A stretch of 64,000 nt of DNA. Origin: Candidatus Saccharimonadales bacterium. GTDB lineage: Bacteria > Patescibacteriota > Saccharimonadia > Saccharimonadales > 2-12-FULL-41-12. Of the stretch, positions 10,304-21,105 are shown in pieces (positions within the stretch are counted from its first letter, which is position 1; each line of letters begins with the position of its first letter). Position numbers and translations under genes: made by a program. Location: assembly GCA_041600715.1 (NCBI GenBank), contig JBFIJM010000001.1, forward strand, positions 384,387-448,386, given 5' to 3'. The notes below the pieces were generated by a model, which was not told the DNA's origin, did not search any database, and was given only the letters and a program-made list of their open reading frames with translations.

Positions 10304-10750
10304 TCATGATTTTGAGGCTTTTTTTGAGTCGTCGCTATTAGCTTTTTTATTCTTTGCTTGATGCCCAAACCCGGCCAATCCTTTTATTGATGGATTTTTT
10401 ATCAGATGATAGAAGTACACTATTATGTATAAAAGACCGGCCACTATCAAAGGCAGGAACAATAATACTATCAAGCTACCAAGGACACTCTGAGTCATCA
10501 ATACAATCGCTGATACCAGATAGAGAGTCCAGACATAATAAGACCATACAACTAAAAGTTTTGCTAAACGTGGTTTATATAAAGTGCGCTTTGAGTACTG
10601 ATGCATACTTGGTAACTTGCAAAAGCTATCCAAAAAAACATCATTGTTATATTTTGATGCATCAAGTAAACCTACTAAAGCACGAGGCATACGGTAATGG
10701 TATAAGCCACCTAACCTGCGGAGAGTAATTATTTGCTTAGATTCTGGCAT
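10304..10750 (-). CDS. hypothetical membrane protein (2-3 TM, Lys-rich tail)
   Basis: ORF with clear hydrophobic helices; no recognisable family. Confidence 0.5.
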   Translation of the reverse strand: MPESKQIITLRRLGGLYHYRMPRALVGLLDASKYNNDVFLDSFCKLPSMHQYSKRTLYKPRLAKLLVVWSYYVWTLYLVSAIVLMTQSVLGSLIVLLFLPLIVAGLLYIIVYFYHLIKNPSIKGLAGFGHQAKNKKANSDDSKKASKS

Positions 10751-10867
10751 ACCAGAGGTACCACAGAGCTGTCACTGAATGTTGCTTGATTTTCATTTAC
10801 AGCTCTCCTTTCAATCACCGCCCCATATCGACAAATTTGGCGTGATAACTCATGTTTAGTGGGTTGA

Positions 10868-11803
10868 TTATTCGTTGATTCTTGACTGTAACTCAGTAAG
10901 AGAGATGACATCGGTCGGTTCTTCTATTGACCTCGTTAATCCATAGGCTGAAAACACTTCTTTTCTAGACTGACCTGGGAACTCAATTTCCATTAAATGA
11001 CGACTAATGACGTCTATTTTAACCCGTATCCCGATGTTTGCTGATTTTTCGTACTGCGCTGGATCAAGTAAGTCCTTATTGCCTACACCACTTACTTCTG
11101 CATACTCACGAAGTACTTCTACTAACGCTTGAGGTTTAATACTTATGTCCATAGTCATCACTGGTCTTAGATTTTGATAAGTAAGATCAGGTTGAGATAT
11201 TGTATAAACTCCCCTATCACGTATCATTCTCATGAGATTCTCTCGGTTCTCTTCGCTAAAATTACCCATCGGAATAAATGTAAAGATTGCTTCATTTAAA
11301 AGCTGTGGGTCACCGCCCTCATCTCCACTTCTTGTAGCCCATTTACCAATCACTTCATCAAAATTTTGACCCCCTGCTTGGCTAGGTGGCAGGGATATAC
11401 TACTGTAACGAACATAATCGACGTCATTTGTGCCAAGAGTTTCTGTAGTAATCGATGATTTTTCTCGATTGGCATCAATTTGATCAATGGTCGATTTAGA
11501 TTGAACCGCGGTTTCTGGACTAAATCTCACAAAAAATGTTTGCTTTACGTTTCGCGCGCCTTCAGTTTGAATAACGCTTCTTGCGATGCTGTCAGTTTCA
11601 AGTCCTTTCTCAACCATTCCATAGAAAACTTGATCTTCGTCGACAAATACTTGGTTATACCAAACATAGCTTCCAAGAAGATAGAGACCTAAGCCAACTA
11701 CTATTGGTGCTGTGATTAAAAATTTTGTAGAAGTTACAAACTTTCTTAGTGATGCGCGACTAATCTTTACTACCGGTTTCTTTAATTTAAACTGTTTTAA
11801 CAT
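10868..11803 (-). CDS. N-terminally anchored hypothetical exported protein
   Basis: Basic N-terminus plus TM (FLITAPIVVGLGLYLLGSYVW), then a 260-aa soluble domain; no family recognised. Confidence 0.55.
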   Translation of the reverse strand: MLKQFKLKKPVVKISRASLRKFVTSTKFLITAPIVVGLGLYLLGSYVWYNQVFVDEDQVFYGMVEKGLETDSIARSVIQTEGARNVKQTFFVRFSPETAVQSKSTIDQIDANREKSSITTETLGTNDVDYVRYSSISLPPSQAGGQNFDEVIGKWATRSGDEGGDPQLLNEAIFTFIPMGNFSEENRENLMRMIRDRGVYTISQPDLTYQNLRPVMTMDISIKPQALVEVLREYAEVSGVGNKDLLDPAQYEKSANIGIRVKIDVISRHLMEIEFPGQSRKEVFSAYGLTRSIEEPTDVISLTELQSRINE

Positions 11804-11823
11804 GTTGTTCTCCGTATAAATAG

Positions 11824-11841
11824 TGGTGGAGATACAGGGAC
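11824..11841 (-). repeat. detached direct copy of the tRNA-Ala 3' end (T-stem 3' strand, acceptor and CCA)
   Basis: TGGTGGAGATACAGGGAC is identical to 11993..12010 (18/18). Confidence 0.9.
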
Positions 11842-11992
11842 ATCGGCTACGCCTTCTTCGCTCAAAAATGCTCGATATGCATATCTGTGCGTTTCCTCGC
11901 TACGCCAAACCCTCGTTCGCTTTGCTCACTTACTCGGGTTTTCGCTGTATCCATTAATGATTGAACACTACCTTATGGGTGCGGTCAATCAT

Positions 11993-12069
11993 TGGTGGAG
12001 ATACAGGGACTCAAACCCTGGACCTCAGCGCTGCCAGCGCTGCGCTCTAATCAACTGAGCTATATCCCC
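11993..12069 (-). tRNA. tRNA-Ala(GGC), CCA encoded
   Basis: Hand-folded cloverleaf GGGGATA-TA-GCTC-AGTTGATTA-GAGC-G-CAGCG-CTGGCAG-CGCTG-AGGTC-CAGGG-TTTGAGT-CCCTG-TATCTCC-A-CCA; G3:U70 identity pair present. Confidence 0.9.
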
Positions 12070-12099
12070 GCATTAATAACATTGGTATGACTATTTTTC

Positions 12100-12117
12100 C
12101 TCAGTTGATTAGAGCGC
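12100..12117 (+). repeat. perfect 18-nt inverted copy of the tRNA-Ala D-arm (anti-D-arm in the leader)
   Basis: CTCAGTTGATTAGAGCGC is the exact reverse complement of 12042..12059 inside the tRNA gene. Confidence 0.9.
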
Positions 12118-12125
12118 ATGCGCAT

Positions 12126-12153
12126 ATATTAATTTTGCAGCCAGCTACGTCAA
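12126..12153 (-). promoter_or_regulatory. predicted tRNA-Ala promoter TTGACG-N16-TAATAT with GC-rich discriminator
   Basis: Minus-strand read AGCTCAGTTGACG-TAGCTGGCTGCAAAAT-TAATAT-ATGCGC. The -35 lies inside the duplicated tRNA 5' fragment. Confidence 0.55.
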
Positions 12154-12168
12154 CTGAGCTATATCCCC
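12150..12168 (-). repeat. detached direct copy of tRNA-Ala nt 1-19
   Basis: TCAACTGAGCTATATCCCC is identical to 12051..12069 (19/19). The downstream sequence does not fold as a tRNA. Confidence 0.9.
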
Positions 12169-12188
12169 ATATCAATGCCGTTATTGTA

Positions 12189-12220
12189 ACATAAAACTCG
12201 TCACCAAAATGATGACGAGT
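12189..12220 (-). terminator. rho-independent terminator of ligA
   Basis: Stem ACTCGTCA/TGACGAGT (12196..12220), followed on the minus strand by TTTTAT. Confidence 0.65.
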
Positions 12221-12236
12221 AACTGTCGTGCGCGCC

Positions 12237-12262
12237 CACCGCGCGGCGGTGTTTTTTGTTTT
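12237..12262 (+). terminator. plus-strand-oriented GC hairpin plus T-tract (orphan)
   Basis: CACCGC-GCG-GCGGTG followed by TTTTTTGTTTT on the plus strand; no plus-strand gene lies upstream. Confidence 0.45.
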
Positions 12263-12316
12263 GAATTATTTTTATTTTACAGCGCCGCATGCGCACGAGT
12301 ACATAAGCATTATACC

Positions 12317-15270
<2,954 letters not shown>

Positions 15271-15302
15271 ACTTTTCCTCTGTCGTTAAGAACCAGAACA
15301 CC

Positions 15303-16172
15303 CTACTGACGAGTGCCGATTTCTCGCAGAATCCTCACACGCTCTTTTATAGGTGGGTGGGTACTAAAAAGGCTGGATAATGAATTGCCTTTAAGGGGGT
15401 TTGCAAAAAATAAGTGAGCCGTCGATGCGTTAGGTTTTTGTAGTGCACTGCCATATTGACCAATTTTCTCAAGAGCGCTCGCCAAACCCTCTGGGTGTCT
15501 AGTAGTAAGAGCTCCCGTAGCATCTGCTAAATATTCGCGCTGTCGTGATATAGCTGCCTGTATAAGCCCCGCAGCGATAGGTGCGATGACAATAGCCGCG
15601 ATTGCTAGAATGAACTCGAACGGGTGACGGTTATCTCTGTTTGAGAAAAGGGTCATGTGTAATATTAAGTCAGCAATAATCGACACAACCGAGACTAGAG
15701 CAAAAGCGTACATAGTAACTCTTATGTCGTAGTTCTTTACATGCCCCATTTCATGAGCCATGACACCCTCAAGTTCTGTGTCAGTCATCATATCCATAAG
15801 TCCTGTTGTTGCACATACCGAAGCGTGCTTAGGGTCTCTACCAGTTGCGAAAGCGTTAGGAGCAGGATCATCCATGATATAAACCTTTGGCATAGGCATT
15901 CCGTTAGTGATAGCTAGGTTTTCTACAATTCTGTATAACCGCGGGTTGTCTCGTTTACTGATCTCTTTGGCTCCATTAACCGCGAGTGCCATTTTAGACC
16001 CCGCATAGTAAGTGAAGAAAGCATAAATCAAAGCACCTATCATTACATACGGAGTAATTATTGGATGCCCCAGGAACTCCGCCACTACATAACCTAGACC
16101 TGCTATGAGAAGGATAAAGGCAAAAAATATATAAAACGTTTTACGCTTGTTTTTGGCAATTTGTGAGTACAC
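15303..16172 (-). CDS. htpX: M48-family zinc protease HtpX
   Basis: HEMGHVKNYD zinc motif, 4 TM topology, adjacent to lemA. Confidence 0.9.
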   Translation of the reverse strand: MYSQIAKNKRKTFYIFFAFILLIAGLGYVVAEFLGHPIITPYVMIGALIYAFFTYYAGSKMALAVNGAKEISKRDNPRLYRIVENLAITNGMPMPKVYIMDDPAPNAFATGRDPKHASVCATTGLMDMMTDTELEGVMAHEMGHVKNYDIRVTMYAFALVSVVSIIADLILHMTLFSNRDNRHPFEFILAIAAIVIAPIAAGLIQAAISRQREYLADATGALTTRHPEGLASALEKIGQYGSALQKPNASTAHLFFANPLKGNSLSSLFSTHPPIKERVRILREIGTRQ

Positions 16173-16193
16173 GTACTCCTACCTCTTTCGTAC

Positions 16194-16754
16194 TTAGAAT
16201 TTAACTTCTGTTGGTTTCTGTACACTTGCAGACTCTGACTCATCAACGTCAAAGAACTCGTATTCTTTAAATCCGAGTACACCAGCAAAAATAATGTTTG
16301 GAAAGGTTTTAATTTTGATATTAAGATCACGAGCAGAGCCGTTATAGAACCGACGAGCAGCCTGTATTTTATCTTCTGTATCAACAAGCTCTTCTTGCAG
16401 GTGCTTGAAATTCTGGTCAGCTTTCAAGTCAGGATATGCTTCTGCTACAGCAAAAAGGCTCTTAAGTGTTTCTGAGAATGCGTTTTCAGCCTTAGCTTGC
16501 TCTTTAGGACCTTCCGCATGCATCGCATTAGATCGTGCCTCAGTTACTTCCTGAAACACACCTTTCTCATGCGTGGCATAACCTTTTACAGTATTCACAA
16601 GATTCGGAATAAGATCATAACGACGCTTAAGCTGGACTGTTATGTCGCTCCATGCTTCTTCAACACGAACCTTCGCGTTTACTAGACTGTTATAAATTAC
16701 GATAATAGCTAGTATTACGACTGCTAAAATCCCCAAAATTATCCAGGTTACCAT
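16194..16754 (-). CDS. lemA: LemA family protein
   Basis: N-terminal TM plus the typical LemA helical body (YNSLV...RRFYNGSARDLN). Confidence 0.85.
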   Translation of the reverse strand: MVTWIILGILAVVILAIIVIYNSLVNAKVRVEEAWSDITVQLKRRYDLIPNLVNTVKGYATHEKGVFQEVTEARSNAMHAEGPKEQAKAENAFSETLKSLFAVAEAYPDLKADQNFKHLQEELVDTEDKIQAARRFYNGSARDLNIKIKTFPNIIFAGVLGFKEYEFFDVDESESASVQKPTEVKF

Positions 16755-16853
16755 CTTAATTCCCTTTGTTATATTTGTACTTAATATTATAGCAAATCTT
16801 GAGTGCGCATAGCTAGTTAATATTAATCACATATCCTCTTAGCTCGAACCTGG

Positions 16854-16895
16854 CACCAAATAAAAAACCCACAAAAATGGGTTTTTTATTTGGTG
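16854..16895. terminator. 18-bp perfect palindrome forming a bidirectional terminator that includes the CACCA end of tRNA-Leu
   Basis: CACCAAATAAAAAACCCA-CAAAAA-TGGGTTTTTTATTTGGTG; the right arm overlaps the tRNA 3' end (16891..16895). Confidence 0.7.
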
Positions 16896-16975
16896 CGCGG
16901 GGCGGGAATCGAACCCGCACGTCTTTCGACAGCTGATTTTAAGTCAACCTTGGCTACCAATTACAACACCCGCGC
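16891..16975 (-). tRNA. tRNA-Leu(UAA), type II, CCA encoded
   Basis: GCGCGGG...GTTGA-CTTAAAA-TCAGC, long variable arm GTCGAAAGACGT, T-arm GCGGG-TTCGATT-CCCGC. Confidence 0.85.
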
Positions 16976-17471
16976 TAATTGTCGATTTTGTTAATCTTAC
17001 TTTCTTATTTTTACCACGATGTGTGGGTTGTAGGCTATGACAATTTGGACAAAGTATCCTTAGATTCTCTATTCTATTATCTTCCGGTCGGCCATTAATG
17101 TGATCAAGTTCTAACGGTAAACGGCCGTCAACCGAGACTCGACTCCACCCACATAGTTCACATTCTGGCTTTTTAACACCCTCTTTTATTAATCTTTTTC
17201 TCAGCTTGTGACTTTGAGTAAGCTTACCATCGACCAGCAAGTCTTCCAGTGTTTGTCGCGGGACTCTAGGGTCAAACTTCCATCCAATGTTCCAGCCCTT
17301 ACCTCGAAAGTGTTCAGTGTTTAGTTTCAGTTGCTCAATTCGAGCTTTAACTTGGCGATAATTTCCACCGGCTGGCACTAAACCTAAGGTCCTTATAACA
17401 GATCTTGTGCTGTAAGACTCTTTTACAGCCAAAATAAGTTGCTCATCAGTCCAGGATCTTCGTTGTGGCAT
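16944..17471 (-). CDS. free-standing HNH endonuclease
   Basis: CELCGW...LELDHINGRPEDNRIENLRILCPNCH HNH/zinc motif. The last 32 nt, including the stop, lie inside tRNA-Leu. Confidence 0.8.
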   Translation of the reverse strand: MPQRRSWTDEQLILAVKESYSTRSVIRTLGLVPAGGNYRQVKARIEQLKLNTEHFRGKGWNIGWKFDPRVPRQTLEDLLVDGKLTQSHKLRKRLIKEGVKKPECELCGWSRVSVDGRLPLELDHINGRPEDNRIENLRILCPNCHSLQPTHRGKNKKVRLTKSTISAGVVIGSQG

Positions 17472-17521
17472 ACACGAATGATATGGTAAACGTTATTAAA
17501 TTGTCAACGTACAATTATGTA

Positions 17522-17595
17522 TGGAGGCACCTACGGGTAACGCTCCCGTCTACGCGGTTTTGCAGACCGCTGCCTAACTTCTCGGCCAAGGCGCC
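17522..17595 (-). tRNA. tRNA-Cys(GCA), CCA encoded, atypical T-loop
   Basis: GGCGCCT-TG-GCC..GGC-A-GCGGT-CTGCAAA-ACCGC-GTAG-ACGGG-AGCGTTA-CCCGT-AGGTGCC-T-CCA. The U73 discriminator fits Cys; the T-loop lacks TTC. Confidence 0.7.
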
Positions 17596-17656
17596 AGATA
17601 CCAATGTATTGTAACCCCTAAGGAGTAAAAAAGTCTACCGTCAGCAGATGGGCTCC

Positions 17657-18190
17657 TTAATTATTAGTTACAATATATCGAACAGCATCCAGCAAATTCG
17701 GAGCAGAATAGACAGCTTCAGGGGATACGACCGTTTTGTTTCGTGCAGTCTTAACCAAAATGCTACCTTTGCACTTGGCATTAATTCCAGCCATGATGTC
17801 AGACTGGTTATCTCCAACCATGTACACGTCACACAAATTAAGTTTAAGTTCTTCCGATGCTTTATTTAGCATCTTCGGGCCTGGTTTACGCCAGTCACTA
17901 GCTTGTTCTCCACTTTCTCCGTTCATATAAGTTTTCAAAACCTGCACTCCGCTTGGAGTAAGTCGCTTCAGCACTTCGTTATGGATTCTCCAGAAGTCTG
18001 ACTCTGTAATTCTACCTTCAGCGATTCCTGCTTGATTGGTTATTATTACAATATTAAAGTTATTATCAGCTAACAATTTTAAAGCTTCTAATGTGTCAGG
18101 GAATAATTCAATTTTCTCGAGCGTGTCGACTCGCTCATCTACAGGATCCTGTATTATAGTCCCGTCTCTATCTAAAAATACTGTTCTCAT
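17657..18190 (-). CDS. HAD-IIIA phosphatase (GmhB / histidinol-phosphatase-like)
   Basis: FLDRDGTI motif I, ITNQAGI motif II, GDNQSDIMAG motif IV. Confidence 0.75.
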   Translation of the reverse strand: MRTVFLDRDGTIIQDPVDERVDTLEKIELFPDTLEALKLLADNNFNIVIITNQAGIAEGRITESDFWRIHNEVLKRLTPSGVQVLKTYMNGESGEQASDWRKPGPKMLNKASEELKLNLCDVYMVGDNQSDIMAGINAKCKGSILVKTARNKTVVSPEAVYSAPNLLDAVRYIVTNN

Positions 18191-18327
18191 AACCCCATAA
18201 TACTATGTTTAATTACTTTTCTAACTAACCTCATACTCACCGATTATTCCGGTTTTTATGGCTCCTGTTCGTTTATAGTTAGCAAAAATGACTCCAAAGA
18301 GTTATGTCGTTAATTTGCTGGAATTAT

Positions 18328-18858
18328 TCATTTGGTTTGCAGTTCTATTAATAATTTACTTGCAATCCTTTTAACGGTTTTTGACTTATGGCCTTGCTGT
18401 GTTTTAAATAGTGAAGTAGCCTCTTCGCCGGATATTGTCCCGTCATTCGTAAATTTCATAATTGTTTTCATAACATTTACAGAAACAATCCAGTCCACAT
18501 CAGTGGTTTTAAGTAAATGTTTAAGCCAAAATATAGCATTCGTCTTTTGATTTTTATTTAAGTCAGTTTCTCTATATATTTGAGCAATGTGCCACTGTAT
18601 CGACGGTTGAGTGAATGAGTGTAGTTCAGACTGAATTTTATCTATATATGGCAGTAGCCATTCGGGTTTTACGCGACCAATTTTCTCAATTGCATCAATT
18701 GCACGCATTCTGACCCAAGCATCGTCAACAAACAAGCAATCATAAAGCTCGCTTAGTTTAGTTCTATCTTGAAGAACTGCCGATATAACTTCGCCTGATC
18801 TTCCTAGAGAATTAGTTTTGCCACCATCTGCTAGTAAAGCTAGAAAAGTTTTCGTCAT
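18328..18858 (-). CDS. HEAT-like repeat protein (DNA alkylation repair-like)
   Basis: All-helical 176 aa; weak remembered resemblance to AlkD-type HEAT-like repeat proteins. Confidence 0.4.
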   Translation of the reverse strand: MTKTFLALLADGGKTNSLGRSGEVISAVLQDRTKLSELYDCLFVDDAWVRMRAIDAIEKIGRVKPEWLLPYIDKIQSELHSFTQPSIQWHIAQIYRETDLNKNQKTNAIFWLKHLLKTTDVDWIVSVNVMKTIMKFTNDGTISGEEATSLFKTQQGHKSKTVKRIASKLLIELQTK

Positions 18859-19123
18859 GCTTTAATATTAACAAAATACTAATTTTAGCAATGTAGTCTC
18901 TAAAAATAATTGGTAATATTCCTCACCGATACTGATAACAATCAGTCATATCTTAATTTTAATCATATATCAATCGAGAGGGGGCTGGATTTTCGTCCGA
19001 GCTGTAATTTGGCGCCAGATAGCTCACTTATTTCTAACTGTTAATCCCAGCAATGTTGATGAATACAAGCTAAAAGGTCTTGTACGGCTATTTAATCTAT
19101 CAGGCAGCTTGCTTAGTTAGAGG

Positions 19124-19786
19124 TTATCTTGTCTCTACGACTTCAACACGAGCAGGTTCCCGCATAATTTTGGCAAAGCGATACTTGTAATCATCGCCTC
19201 TTAGATTTAAGACTTCGCCAGCAACCCAAGAAGGGTCAAGCATTTCATCAAAATCGTCCCTCTCTATACCTTCCCAAAAGGCAGTATTCATTCCTGCTGG
19301 TCCAGCTACTAAGACTTTTCCTACACGACCGTCTACTGACATTGCGTTACTGAAATGTGCAGCACCCGCTTTGGCAAAATTATAAATCGGTTCAAGTTTT
19401 CGTGGCGTCCACTGCGAGGTGGAAGTTATCGTTACTAGTTCGTCCAACTTGCCCTGTTTCTCCAGTAGCGCACGAGTAAAGTAAATGAGTCCACGTCCGC
19501 CGACATCAATCATTTCCTCAATTTGCTCATCGCTTAAATCAGTAACTCTACCTTCTTGGAAATAACCAGCAGCATAAACTAAAGTACTAATCTCTGGTAA
19601 TTTAATTACTAGTTCGCCGACTCGTTGAGGAAGATTAGGTTCAGACAGGTCAAATCGCTCGTACTGTAATCCTGGTTCTTCAAGCTCGCGTCTACCGGTA
19701 ACATATATATCTCCACCTAGCTCACTAAATCCTCTTGCAATCTCTAAACCCAAACCTGATGTGCCACCTACAATAAGCGTATTCAT
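19124..19786 (-). CDS. short-chain dehydrogenase/reductase
   Basis: TLIVGGTSGLGLEIA Rossmann motif. Track ORF trimmed to ATG 19786, preceded by a GGGAG Shine-Dalgarno. Confidence 0.75.
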   Translation of the reverse strand: MNTLIVGGTSGLGLEIARGFSELGGDIYVTGRRELEEPGLQYERFDLSEPNLPQRVGELVIKLPEISTLVYAAGYFQEGRVTDLSDEQIEEMIDVGGRGLIYFTRALLEKQGKLDELVTITSTSQWTPRKLEPIYNFAKAGAAHFSNAMSVDGRVGKVLVAGPAGMNTAFWEGIERDDFDEMLDPSWVAGEVLNLRGDDYKYRFAKIMREPARVEVVETR

Positions 19787-19876
19787 GAATATTCTCCCAG
19801 TCAAGCTTAGTTAAGACTACAAGTCATTATATCTCATTCTGGCAAAGCTAGACAGAATCGCAGGCTCTCGGATTAT

Positions 19877-20275
19877 TTAATGCTCTGAGCTGTCGTGTTC
19901 AGGCGAGCTAGAGTAGCCCCAGTCCATTTGCCACTGTTTCATTTTAGTGATCTCTTTTTCTTGGGCATTTATAATTTCGTCAGATAATTCTTTGATCTCA
20001 TCATGTTTTGCATTAGCAGATGATAACTTAGCCATATCAACCGCGCTCTGGTGATGAGCGATCATTTCGTTAATAAACGCCTCATCATAGTCGTCACCTG
20101 TCTTATTCTCAAGCGATGCAACCATCTCACTCATTGAGATAGTGTCCATTATTGCAGATTTATCTGTGGGTTTATCTTCGGCCACGGGCTTGTCTAATGT
20201 AGTTGAAGCGATTGACACTATAAAACCCCCCAGAAAGAACCCTATTAATCCGTAAAGTAGTGGTTTTGTTTCCAT
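19877..20275 (-). CDS. DUF305-family exported protein (metal/copper-associated)
   Basis: N-terminal TM plus EMIAHHQSAVDMAK, the typical DUF305 helix pair. Confidence 0.65.
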   Translation of the reverse strand: METKPLLYGLIGFFLGGFIVSIASTTLDKPVAEDKPTDKSAIMDTISMSEMVASLENKTGDDYDEAFINEMIAHHQSAVDMAKLSSANAKHDEIKELSDEIINAQEKEITKMKQWQMDWGYSSSPEHDSSEH

Positions 20276-20286
20276 GTTAATTCTCC

Positions 20287-20565
20287 TTATAGCATTCTGC
20301 TTATTGCACCGACTAACTCGTCGGCTTTGTTTTGCTCATTGTGTGTATGTATTTCGTCATTGTTTAAACAGTGTTTTGCATGATCGCGCAGTAACTCGAG
20401 CGCTACCTTATCTAATCCTGCTTTTACTGCGCTTACCTGGGTCAGTATATCAATGCAATATTTATCCTCATCAACCATTTTTGATACCCCTCTTACTTGT
20501 CCCTCTATACGACTCAGTCTTTTGCGTAACTCTGGTTTAGTATCTGCATATCCATATTTAGTCAT
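20287..20565 (-). CDS. csoR: CsoR/RcnR-family metal-sensing repressor
   Basis: RLSRIEGQVRGVSKMVDEDKYCIDILTQVSAV...HAKHC with C-H-C ligand positions. Confidence 0.85.
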   Translation of the reverse strand: MTKYGYADTKPELRKRLSRIEGQVRGVSKMVDEDKYCIDILTQVSAVKAGLDKVALELLRDHAKHCLNNDEIHTHNEQNKADELVGAISRML

Positions 20566-20574
20566 CTTATCTCC

Positions 20575-21066
20575 TTAATGTTTATGGCCATGTCCGTGTT
20601 TGTCGAGCATATCCATCGTCAAAGCATGTCCTTTGTTACGCACAAGCAAATACTTATTGACTGGCAAAGCGACAAAAAACGCCACAGTCAACGCTACTGG
20701 CATACTGATCCAGAATAACGGGTCAACAATACCGGCGTGTAATGCTCCGGGTATACTTACCATTACTAGATTGTCTACAACTTCCATAGTAGTGATAGAT
20801 AGCGTGTCCGCAGCGAGTACAACCGATAATGCAGTCGTAAAACCAACTCCTGCTTTGACCAGTGGCAAAGTAGACAAGCTAAACCCGAATATGAACGCAA
20901 GAACGACTGCTAGTAGAATTGTGAATCCAATACTCAGGCCTAAAGCTAGACCTATAATTAAACCTAAAACCTCTCCGATCGCACAACCTGTTAAACAGTG
21001 CAGTGTTGCGCTTACGGCCATAGAATTTATGTTATGTTCAGCGTGACTATGATTATTGTCAGTCAT
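20575..21066 (-). CDS. DUF4396-like membrane protein with His-rich termini
   Basis: ATLHCLTGCAIGEV motif, 4-5 TM, N-terminal HSHAEH and C-terminal HGHGHKH. Confidence 0.6.
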   Translation of the reverse strand: MTDNNHSHAEHNINSMAVSATLHCLTGCAIGEVLGLIIGLALGLSIGFTILLAVVLAFIFGFSLSTLPLVKAGVGFTTALSVVLAADTLSITTMEVVDNLVMVSIPGALHAGIVDPLFWISMPVALTVAFFVALPVNKYLLVRNKGHALTMDMLDKHGHGHKH

Positions 21067-21105
21067 AGAAACATACTCCCTTACTTAAAAACTTTACTGT
21101 AAACT

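Noticed and set aside
12070-12180. Possible second tRNA-Ala (or intron-containing or split tRNA) starting at the 5' fragment 12168
   Set aside because: I tried to fold it. After GGGGATATAGCTCAGTTGA there is no GAGC D-stem partner, no anticodon stem around CTGCAAA and no T-arm. The 3' fragment at 11824 also lacks a T-stem 5' strand, so a group I intron or split-tRNA model does not fit.
16103-16387. 94-aa minus-strand track ORF spanning the htpX-lemA junction
   Set aside because: It overlaps the well-supported ends of both genes out of frame and has no independent signals.
17591-19025. 11-nt match GGCGCCAGATA between the tRNA-Cys 5' flank (17591) and 19013
   Set aside because: A single 11-mer match at this distance in 64 kb is expected by chance, and there is no extended similarity.
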